From the IMG/VR virus record IMGVR_UViG_3300030329_005658, positions 8,565 to 72,564 of that record: DNA of 64,000 nucleotides, one strand, 5' to 3'. A model generated the notes under the pieces. The model worked only from the letters and a program-made list of their open reading frames with translations. It was not told the DNA's origin and searched no databases. Both the position numbers and the translations under genes were made by a program. Below, piece after piece: positions 55,967 to 64,000 of the stretch. Within the stretch, counting starts at the first letter, position 1; each line of letters opens with the position of its first letter. This DNA is from a virus.

Positions 55967-58519
55967 ATGGCTTTAAATAAGGAGCAAATTAATGAAATCA
56001 TCGAAGGCATAAAGTCAGCAGATGCTAGCCAAAAAAAGCAATTAGCCGCTGCTTTAGGGGTGAAGGGCACCACAACTAGCGCAACTGGTGCTTTGAGCGA
56101 TGAGGAAATAAGTGAACAACTTCTTAAACAACTCGCTCTAAAGAAGCGGATAGCAGAAGCCAATGGCCAAATAGGTGAATCAGAAAGGCTAATTTTAGAA
56201 ATTTATAAGGAATTGAAAAAGGCCTCCGAGGAAGGAATGGCCGGCATGTCCCAGGAGCAGGAAGAGCTACTAAAAAACCTTGGCCTGTCTAAAGAAAATA
56301 TCGAAGAGACAGCAAAGAAAATAGAGAAAAAACTATCCCCAGCATTTAAAGCAGGTCAGGACATCGGAGATAAATTCGCAGGATCTATCGCGAGAAAGCT
56401 GGGTATGGCTTCCGATAGTACAAATACCTTTATTGGCAAAGCGCGCGAAATGATGACGACATTAGGCGACCCAGAGGCACTTAGTGGGTTCGTCCAAAGG
56501 GTCAAGGAAATATTTACATTCCAGAATATGGCGATTGGCTTATATTCAAAAATTATCGAAGCTTCGGCGGCGATGATGTTTGCGGTTGACACAGCTTCTG
56601 CTGGCTTTGCGGCACAAACTGGTGCCGGGAGGATGTTCACCGCTCAGATAAGAGAAGTCACGGGCGACATGATGCAGCTTGGAATCACTGCTGACGATTC
56701 CGGGAAAGCCATGGGCGCTTTATTTAGCAAATTTCCCGGATTTATAAACCTTTCACACGAAAGTCAAGTAGAATTAGGCAAAAACGTTGTCGCTCTTGGG
56801 AAACTTGGAGTTGCCGCTGATGTTTCTGCTGGATTGATGGGGGGCTTATCTAAATCTTTGAAAATTTCATCAACTGATGCTGCTAAAATGGTTAAAGGGT
56901 TGGCTATGAGCGCTAAAGCCATCGGAAAAACAATGGCAACAACCACAGCAGAGTTCCAAGAGGCCAGCAAGTATCTTATGACTTATGGGAAAGACTCCGT
57001 TGATGTGTTTAACAAAATTGCGTCAGCAGCAATGGCAGCAGGTGTTGAGGTTTCTGATGTTTTGGCATTGTCAAAGAAATTTGATACATTTAGCTCAGCC
57101 GCGCAAACAGCAGCACAGTTTAATGCCGTGTTCGGGTCCTCTTTATCTGCCTTGAACCTTGTTACGATGGATGTAGCAGATAGGCTTCCATATTTGATTG
57201 ATCAATTCAAAGCAACGGGGCAAAATTTTGATGAAATGGACAGATACAGCCAATTAGCTGCTGCTCAGATTCTTGGCTTTGGGGATGATGTTGACAAGAC
57301 GAGAAAAATTCTAAACATGTCAACGTCAGATTTTACAAAGTATAATGAGGAACAAAAAAGAGCCGCAGAGACACAAAAAGAGTATGATGAGGCCTTGAAA
57401 GCTGCGCTGCCGGTTATGCAAAAATTTAAAGTGGCGGCAATGAAGATATTTACAGCAATTGTTCCAGCAGGAGAGGCTTTAAACTCTTTTGCTGATTTTG
57501 TAATAGATGCTGCTGAGGTTCTTAAAGCATATTTTCTGCCGGGCTTGGGCGCAGTTACTATTGCTCTCTTGTTTCTGACTCCTGTGGCATGGAAAGCTAT
57601 ATTCCCATTTACAGCAATGGCCAAGAGTCTTACAGTAATTGCTGGTGCTCTTACAGGAACGGCAGCGGCTGCGCCTCCTGCTGCTGCTGGGATTATAGGG
57701 GCCGGTGGGGCTTCTCAAGCAGCCGTTATACCGGTTTCTGAATTGGCCTTAGGGTTTGGTGCCCTGGCGCTTGGAATTGGTGTTGCCGCTGCTGGACTGG
57801 CGGTATTGGTATTTGCCATCGACGGGGTTAATAATCCTGCCCAAACGGCCATTGGCACGATAGTCGCGCTTGGTCTTGTCTTGGGGGCTATGGCTGTTGT
57901 ATCAGCGATGGCGGCAAAGCCAATTATGCTAACAGCAGGGGCGATTATGGCCATCGGTGGTGCCGTAGCGGTTGCTTCTTTAGGGGTCGCTAGCATTGTT
58001 ATGGCTTTTGGGTTTTTAATTGGCCAATTCCAAACACTTAATGGCATCGGGCCGTCGGCAGTCTTGGTTCTTCTTGGTTTTGCCGGCGCTATTTATGCGT
58101 TGGGGGCAGCGTTCGCAACTATGACAATTGGTGTTGCTGGTATGTTAGCGTTTACAGCGATGTTGGGGGTTATGGCCCTCGTTGCCGATAGTATCGCGAG
58201 AATAACAGAAAGTTTGGCAGAGATATCAGTCACAGGTCTCTCCGCAGGCCTATTAGGCTTATCCAATATGCTGGATACAATAGATGCTAAAATCGGAGGA
58301 GCGGATAAAGTTGAAGTCAGATCTACAATTGAGAATTTAGCCTTGATATCAACAGGGCAAAGCTCGAATACAATCGCTAAAGGAGCAGATACTGTTTCCG
58401 CTATCCAGCAGGCCCTGGTTGGGCTTGAAAAGGTTTTTGAGCCAAAAATTGATCTCACTGTTGAATTAGAAGGAAGAGAGTTGACCGCTTTCGTCAAGAG
58501 AGTCGGCGGAAAAGGATAA
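55967..58519 (+). CDS. Tape measure protein
   Basis: 850 aa, Ala-rich and helical with hydrophobic C-terminal segments; follows the tubes and chaperones. Confidence 0.8.
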   Translation: MALNKEQINEIIEGIKSADASQKKQLAAALGVKGTTTSATGALSDEEISEQLLKQLALKKRIAEANGQIGESERLILEIYKELKKASEEGMAGMSQEQEELLKNLGLSKENIEETAKKIEKKLSPAFKAGQDIGDKFAGSIARKLGMASDSTNTFIGKAREMMTTLGDPEALSGFVQRVKEIFTFQNMAIGLYSKIIEASAAMMFAVDTASAGFAAQTGAGRMFTAQIREVTGDMMQLGITADDSGKAMGALFSKFPGFINLSHESQVELGKNVVALGKLGVAADVSAGLMGGLSKSLKISSTDAAKMVKGLAMSAKAIGKTMATTTAEFQEASKYLMTYGKDSVDVFNKIASAAMAAGVEVSDVLALSKKFDTFSSAAQTAAQFNAVFGSSLSALNLVTMDVADRLPYLIDQFKATGQNFDEMDRYSQLAAAQILGFGDDVDKTRKILNMSTSDFTKYNEEQKRAAETQKEYDEALKAALPVMQKFKVAAMKIFTAIVPAGEALNSFADFVIDAAEVLKAYFLPGLGAVTIALLFLTPVAWKAIFPFTAMAKSLTVIAGALTGTAAAAPPAAAGIIGAGGASQAAVIPVSELALGFGALALGIGVAAAGLAVLVFAIDGVNNPAQTAIGTIVALGLVLGAMAVVSAMAAKPIMLTAGAIMAIGGAVAVASLGVASIVMAFGFLIGQFQTLNGIGPSAVLVLLGFAGAIYALGAAFATMTIGVAGMLAFTAMLGVMALVADSIARITESLAEISVTGLSAGLLGLSNMLDTIDAKIGGADKVEVRSTIENLALISTGQSSNTIAKGADTVSAIQQALVGLEKVFEPKIDLTVELEGRELTAFVKRVGGKG

Positions 58520-58534
58520 AAAGGAGGTAAATAG

Positions 58535-59344
58535 ATGGGATTTGGAATTGGATATGGCGCTGAGGATTACGCAAAAACAAGCGGCGCTGTCTTAGTGATC
58601 AAGAGTGAAGCCGGAGGAGGATCTGTTGATTTCCCAGCATTTTTAACTGATTTTACGCAGACCTTTAGCTCAGAATGGGCAACAGAAAGAGTCTTTGGCA
58701 GGAATGATCCGATAGCGACATTCCAAGGCACCAAGAGGACTATTTCGCTGGCATGGGATATTCCATCGGCAACGCTTGCCGACGCAAAACAAAATCTTAA
58801 AAAATGTGGAGATTTATCACAATTTTTATATCCGGGCTACATGAGCATCTTGCCTCCTCTTCCGAAGAAAAAGGGAAATAAGGTAATGACAGCCCAGGAA
58901 AAAAAGAAAGCAGCCGCAGCGCAAATTGCTTTGAAGAAAAAGCAGTCCTTGAGCGCTAGCATTATGTCTAAGCCCCCGTTGGTCAGAGTTACATTCGCAA
59001 ATTTGATTTCTACGGATAGCCCTGTCAAGAAGCAAAGCGGAAAAAAGACAGAGGCCCAGAAGGCCAAAGATAATAATGAAACAAAGAAAGTTGACACAAC
59101 AGATCCTAAAAAAGATAAAGATACAAAAGAAGTTAAGCAGGCCTTAGCAGCTACTGGCTTGTTGGGCTATATTGATTCATTAACCTGGAAGCCGGTTTTG
59201 GAAATGGGGATGTTTAGCGACGGACAAAGTTTTTACCCCAAGGTCGTTTCCCTCAATTTTAACTTGAATGTTCTTCATGAGCATTTCTTGGGGTGGAGTG
59301 ACGGCAGTTGGATGGGCAACAGATTCCCATTTAAAATAGGATAG
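58535..59344 (+). CDS. Baseplate tail-tube initiator-like protein
   Basis: W..ERVFGRNDPIATFQGTKRTISL, LYPGY, KPPLVRV; synteny. Confidence 0.65.
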   Translation: MGFGIGYGAEDYAKTSGAVLVIKSEAGGGSVDFPAFLTDFTQTFSSEWATERVFGRNDPIATFQGTKRTISLAWDIPSATLADAKQNLKKCGDLSQFLYPGYMSILPPLPKKKGNKVMTAQEKKKAAAAQIALKKKQSLSASIMSKPPLVRVTFANLISTDSPVKKQSGKKTEAQKAKDNNETKKVDTTDPKKDKDTKEVKQALAATGLLGYIDSLTWKPVLEMGMFSDGQSFYPKVVSLNFNLNVLHEHFLGWSDGSWMGNRFPFKIG

Positions 59345-59354
59345 GAGACGTAAA

Positions 59355-59684
59355 ATGTCACGATATTTTGATAGAGACAAAATGGTAAATGATCATTTAA
59401 TGTACAAAAAGAAATTCAAAAAAAGAGGAGTTTCAAAGATAGAGCATTATAAGACACCCGAATTCAGCATTATTGACCAAGGCGATTTAGATTCGGTTGA
59501 TGTATACGAGTATGTGTGGAAAATAGGTGATTCATATTGGAAATTAGCAGCAGCGTTCTATAATGCTCCCGAAGAGTGGTGGGTTATAGCAGCTTTCAAT
59601 CGAAAGCCAACCGAGGCGCATATTGAAGTTGGCGAGACAATAAAGATTCCTGTTAATTTGGGCGACATATTGAGGTTGTTGTAA
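59355..59684 (+). CDS. LysM-domain baseplate wedge protein (gp53-like)
   Basis: YVWKIGDSYWKLAAAFY..WWVIAAFN..IEVGETIKIP. Confidence 0.8.
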   Translation: MSRYFDRDKMVNDHLMYKKKFKKRGVSKIEHYKTPEFSIIDQGDLDSVDVYEYVWKIGDSYWKLAAAFYNAPEEWWVIAAFNRKPTEAHIEVGETIKIPVNLGDILRLL

Positions 59685-62600
59685 TGGCTAATGGTGTTAC
59701 CAATAAAGGCAAAATACATTATTTAAAAAACCACCCTGGTGGGTGGTTTGGTGTTGGCGCTGGTAATAAGTGGACCGGTAGCGACGCAGAAAAAGTAAAA
59801 GTCTTCAAAACAGAAGCGGCAAATATACCTTGGAGCGATGAGGATTACCAGTGGGTATCCAATAACCTCCCCATCGCAGAAAGTTATTCAACTCTCAGTG
59901 CCCCCACTCCAGGGCAAGGGCAACAATATGCTTACGGTGCTGTTGTAATATATACAAAAGATCTTGTTGACGGGGGAGTTAGACAACTTAACGGCAAAAG
60001 CGGAGATTACAGTCAGGCTGAAAAAAACTTTATTAAGAAGTACGAAGATTACATTAGGACAAAGCACCTCAGCTTTTATAATAGTTATATTGACGGCGGC
60101 AAAGACATTGATAAAGACTTGGAGGGCATATTAGCGGCGGCTCTGGGCGGAACAAAGGAGACTTTATATCATAGCTTTAAAGAAATGGTCAAAGAGAAAG
60201 CAAATGAATATATTTCAACTAACCCGACTATCGATATATATGCTCAAATAAGGTCGTTTCATGATAGCACTGGTGGTGGGGGGATAGCATTACAAATTGC
60301 TGGGGCCATAAATGCTGATTTGGCTGACTATGCAGAAGAGACAACCGAAACAGATAAGAAAAATCATGCTTTAATAAAAGACTACAAATATAACGCTGCC
60401 AAATTAAATCAAAACCTTGCTCCTCCGCCAAGTAGCGTGCCTCCAATCGAGAATATAGACAATCTCCAGGAATCGTGGAACCAACAGTGGGGAATACAAT
60501 ATGAAGCAGCCCAAGGGTGGCACGCGACTATAGTTGAAATTTTTCAAGGGGTAAAGACCGGAAAGGCCTCAGCAAGATTAGATTTAAAAGGCGGCCTCAA
60601 AACAGGAAACCTCCCAGTAATAGACAACACCGATTACAAAGAAGAAATACAGAACAAATTTAATGAGCTAAAGAATGTTAGCGCCACGGACGACGAAACC
60701 GTTCGGGGTTCCGCAAACAGGCTGGTCAAGGAAGTAGGAGATAAGATAGGAAGACTCCAAGTTATTTACTTTCAGATTTTTGAAGTTTCTAGAATGTATC
60801 TTCAGTTTCTTCATGCCTTTAAACAAAACGAAAAACTTAAAAAGGACGGCACAAAATACTCGGCCGAAGAGATCTTCGACAGATTAGCTGCTCATGGAAA
60901 AAAGCAGATCGAAAACGCACTCAAAGAGGCGCAAGAAGAAATAAATAAAAACAAACAGCAAACGGCGGCTGCTACTTTATCAAAAGAATCTGTTGAGGCC
61001 AAACAGAGAGCAAATTTACAATGTGCCTTGTTAATGAATTTGAAAATGTTTGCTGATGACTTTGAAGAAAAGTTGTTTGTTGGGAAAAGGCCTAATCGGA
61101 GACAATTAATAAGAGCATGGCTTGGGGATGATAAAAAAGACCCAGATGAGTTGATTAATTATTTGATGACCCAAGAGGGCAAAGAGATAGACCCATTTCT
61201 CAATATAACACCAGAGATCGCATCGGCATTGGTGCCCATGGTTCGTCTTTTTAAAGTTGAGACTTTAGGCAAAAAGTTAAAACAAACTGAATTTGTTTTT
61301 GATAGTTACACAAATCAAAACCCAGATAGAAATTTTACCTTGAACGATATTGACAGGGGGGATGGCGCTGGTATAAAAGAGTTTTCATTCTCTTTTCACG
61401 GGGGAAACCCAACAATGTCAAGAAAGGATATTAAAGCAAAATTGGTCATGACTTTCCAGACATTCAAGGATTTCATATCTGTTCGTAACAGAGGGCAAAA
61501 GGGAAATAAATATAGATTTGTTGATTTGATGCTCTTCCAAGAAACAGATGGCAAGAAAAAGATTGGATTTGGCAAGCATTCCATAAATCAATATGATCCA
61601 AGCTATTATAGAATAAGAGCGGACGTTGGGTGGGCAATTAGAGATGATAAGGAATTCAGCAATCTTTTGAGAAATAGAAATACGGAAAAAACAGGACAAA
61701 AGAGCCTTCTAAAAACATTTAAGGGGTCATTGGAAAAAATAAATCAATCGTTCTTTTTGAATATGGTTGAGCACAACATCAATATTAAAAAAGACGGAAC
61801 AATAGAAGTCACTGCTGAATACCAGGCTTATATTGAGAGTGTGGCAAAGACAGCAATTTTAGATGGTCTTTCAACTCCAAAGCTGTTAGCAAAACGAAAA
61901 GAGCTTCACAACGAAGTTGAGGGGGTGTTGTATACTAAATGTACAAAGAAATCAAATGGCAAGATTAACAGTCAGAAGGAAAATTTAATGAGATTGGCCG
62001 GGATGCTGGAGGATAAATATATACAAGAAGCATATCAATCCGTAATGAAAAGATTAATCGAAAGGGGATTGATATTTCGAAAATATATTAGACAAGGAGA
62101 CCTAGATCCTGGTGCTCCTGGTAAATTTTCTAAAGTGCCCGAGTTTATAAGTGTCGCTAAAGCCAACAAAGAAATTGAGCTTTTTAATACGAAGGGCGCA
62201 AAGGCAAAAGCTAAAAAAAGAAAGTCCGCTAAAAAACAGGCTGAAAAGGCAGGTGCTGCGCCATCCATGACTGATTTTAAATTATTACCTCCCGGAATTC
62301 CCTTGATTCAAGTAAGTTATTTTTACATGAATGATTTAATTGATGTGTTGCTGGATTCTAGATTAAATTTACAAGAGGGTGATAAAACCCCTGAGCCTCG
62401 ACCTGAATTACAAAAGGTTAAAGTTATTTTGGGCTCTTTCATGTATGAAGGAAAGTCTATAAATATAGGCCAGATACCGATTTCTACTCAGTACTTCTTC
62501 GAATGGTTTACAGACGAAGTGATCTCGAAGAATTTGAAAAAATTACCTCTAATGAATTTTATAAGGTCCCTAACCACTCACTTGATAAAGGATATGCTTG

Positions 62601-63364
62601 GGGAGGCCTGCGTGGTGGAAAAATCAGACACATCAGTCGAATTCCGAACCACGGTTGCCTCGCATATTAAAGATATACAGCCCCATAAAACACCTCCGTA
62701 TAAATTGAATATCTCTTCCGGAGATTATAGGCTACAATCATATATGAAGCCTGGGAAGAATATAAATGATGATTTATGGCAATATATTATTGTCTATACG
62801 ATGAAGCCAGGAAAATCAAAAGAAAAAACAGGCAGGGGTGATCCTGTTGCTGATTCTAAAAAGGGGATACACCATTTACACATTGGCGCCAATCGAGGAA
62901 TAGTAAAAAGTATCTCATTTGAAAAAACAGATATCCCATATGCTAGAGAGGCAAGATACTACAGACACGGGTTTGACGGACTTGGGCAAATCGGTGCGGT
63001 ATATAATGCCAAAATTGATATGATTGGTAATACAATATTTTATCCGGGGATGCTTGTATTTGTCAACCCCATGGGAATTGGTGGTAGAGATTTCGACCCG
63101 ACAAAATTAAATACAGCAGCGAATGCTTTAGGGTTTGGCGGATACCACCTCATAACAAAAGTAGATTCAGTGCTGACCCCTGGGTCGTTTAAAACCACTG
63201 TAACTGCTATGCATAATTACACAGGAGAGCAAACGTCCAAAAAACCAAAGGAAGGAACCTCAAAGAAGCAAAACAAACAAAAAGAATCAGTAGAATGTAA
63301 TAAATTAATTAAGAAGTATGAAGATATATTAATTGAAATGAAAATGAAAAAGAAGGGTGGATAA
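59684..63364 (+). CDS. Large baseplate hub-like protein
   Basis: C-terminal IDMIGNTIFYPG...GGYHLITKVDS..FKTTV resembles hub (gp27/gpD-type) C-termini; synteny. Confidence 0.6.
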   Translation: MANGVTNKGKIHYLKNHPGGWFGVGAGNKWTGSDAEKVKVFKTEAANIPWSDEDYQWVSNNLPIAESYSTLSAPTPGQGQQYAYGAVVIYTKDLVDGGVRQLNGKSGDYSQAEKNFIKKYEDYIRTKHLSFYNSYIDGGKDIDKDLEGILAAALGGTKETLYHSFKEMVKEKANEYISTNPTIDIYAQIRSFHDSTGGGGIALQIAGAINADLADYAEETTETDKKNHALIKDYKYNAAKLNQNLAPPPSSVPPIENIDNLQESWNQQWGIQYEAAQGWHATIVEIFQGVKTGKASARLDLKGGLKTGNLPVIDNTDYKEEIQNKFNELKNVSATDDETVRGSANRLVKEVGDKIGRLQVIYFQIFEVSRMYLQFLHAFKQNEKLKKDGTKYSAEEIFDRLAAHGKKQIENALKEAQEEINKNKQQTAAATLSKESVEAKQRANLQCALLMNLKMFADDFEEKLFVGKRPNRRQLIRAWLGDDKKDPDELINYLMTQEGKEIDPFLNITPEIASALVPMVRLFKVETLGKKLKQTEFVFDSYTNQNPDRNFTLNDIDRGDGAGIKEFSFSFHGGNPTMSRKDIKAKLVMTFQTFKDFISVRNRGQKGNKYRFVDLMLFQETDGKKKIGFGKHSINQYDPSYYRIRADVGWAIRDDKEFSNLLRNRNTEKTGQKSLLKTFKGSLEKINQSFFLNMVEHNINIKKDGTIEVTAEYQAYIESVAKTAILDGLSTPKLLAKRKELHNEVEGVLYTKCTKKSNGKINSQKENLMRLAGMLEDKYIQEAYQSVMKRLIERGLIFRKYIRQGDLDPGAPGKFSKVPEFISVAKANKEIELFNTKGAKAKAKKRKSAKKQAEKAGAAPSMTDFKLLPPGIPLIQVSYFYMNDLIDVLLDSRLNLQEGDKTPEPRPELQKVKVILGSFMYEGKSINIGQIPISTQYFFEWFTDEVISKNLKKLPLMNFIRSLTTHLIKDMLGEACVVEKSDTSVEFRTTVASHIKDIQPHKTPPYKLNISSGDYRLQSYMKPGKNINDDLWQYIIVYTMKPGKSKEKTGRGDPVADSKKGIHHLHIGANRGIVKSISFEKTDIPYAREARYYRHGFDGLGQIGAVYNAKIDMIGNTIFYPGMLVFVNPMGIGGRDFDPTKLNTAANALGFGGYHLITKVDSVLTPGSFKTTVTAMHNYTGEQTSKKPKEGTSKKQNKQKESVECNKLIKKYEDILIEMKMKKKGG

Positions 63365-63370
63365 CATATT

Positions 63371-64000
63371 ATGGCAAAGTTTAACGGAAGCAACAAAATA
63401 GAGTCGACAAAGACACTATTTTATGAAAGATTAGATTACAATTATAATGCTTTTGCTGAGAGAGAGGGCGCTGGACCTGTCGGTGTAACTGATTTAAACT
63501 TTTTCGAAAAAAGCTATTATGGAAGAGTTGACGTCAATTTGAATTCTGTTGTTCCGGACACACAACACATAGCACAGCTAAAATACGCTTACAATGTAGA
63601 CATCACTCATGGTGCGATGGATTTTGTAGTAGACGCATTTTATAATTTAACAACATTGTTTAAAAATGCGTCCAATGACCGCAGAATACCTGCTGACGAT
63701 ATTAATCTGTCCATGTTGGTGGGAAAAAAAGCATATTCTGATCCGCTTGTCGATTATAGAGAGTATATTCAAGAAATGTTAAATATTTTTACAAATATTT
63801 ACATTCCACAAAATAACCTTGGACCCTCTGTCATGAATGTAAAGTCGTTTGCCGATAATCTAATGATATTTATCGATCGAATGACCGACCATTACCCGAT
63901 AACGCTCACAGGGTGGCATAGAAGCAACAGGGCGAGCCCCTTTTATTCTGGTTTATTTATAAATCTTGCCTCATATGCGTTGGATCAGGACTCGTTTAAA
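63371..64000 (+). CDS. 3'-truncated hypothetical protein (not in ORF track)
   Basis: ATG at 63371; frame open for 210 codons to the window end (MAKFNGSNKIESTKTLFYERLDY...). Confidence 0.7.
   Translation, partial: MAKFNGSNKIESTKTLFYERLDYNYNAFAEREGAGPVGVTDLNFFEKSYYGRVDVNLNSVVPDTQHIAQLKYAYNVDITHGAMDFVVDAFYNLTTLFKNASNDRRIPADDINLSMLVGKKAYSDPLVDYREYIQEMLNIFTNIYIPQNNLGPSVMNVKSFADNLMIFIDRMTDHYPITLTGWHRSNRASPFYSGLFINLASYALDQDSFK

Noticed and set aside
1-64000. Minus-strand and nested short ORFs in the ORF track
   Set aside because: They are shadows of long + strand genes and show no recognisable motifs.
1-64000. Stop-codon reassignment, tRNA genes, introns or inteins
   Set aside because: Core genes are intact in code 11 and end in TAA, TAG or TGA; gaps are short with no cloverleaf seen; terminase and primase have ordinary lengths.

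Overview
The window is a gene-dense fragment of a large T4-like (contractile-tailed) bacteriophage genome. All credible genes are on the + strand and use the standard genetic code. Layout: (1) 1-14.4 kb, large virion/baseplate-type genes. (2) 14.4-24.6 kb, an accessory and replication block under sigma70-type promoters, with a RuvC-like resolvase, ClpS, class II aldolase, primase, GIY-YIG endonuclease, Smr protein and a single-chain SbcD-SbcC (Mre11-Rad50) fusion. (3) 24.6-25.9 kb, a probable lysis cassette. (4) 26.8-64 kb, the morphogenesis module: terminase, portal, prohead protease, ribosomal protein bS21, a fibre cluster, scaffold, major capsid, neck, sheath, two tail tubes, tail chaperones, tape measure and baseplate. 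The most striking unexplained structure is two tandem arrays totalling 15 small (52-83 aa) paralogous SH3/KOW-like genes (consensus MKIGDLV...G.V...V.W...LEVINE). They are joined by a degenerate ~33-nt DNA repeat that encodes one protein's C-terminus, the next gene's Shine-Dalgarno and start codon, and usually the upstream stop. The chain runs directly into the primase gene. A recurrent intergenic CTATTTA motif is the probable late promoter. Product calls rest on motif recognition and synteny only; no searches were run.
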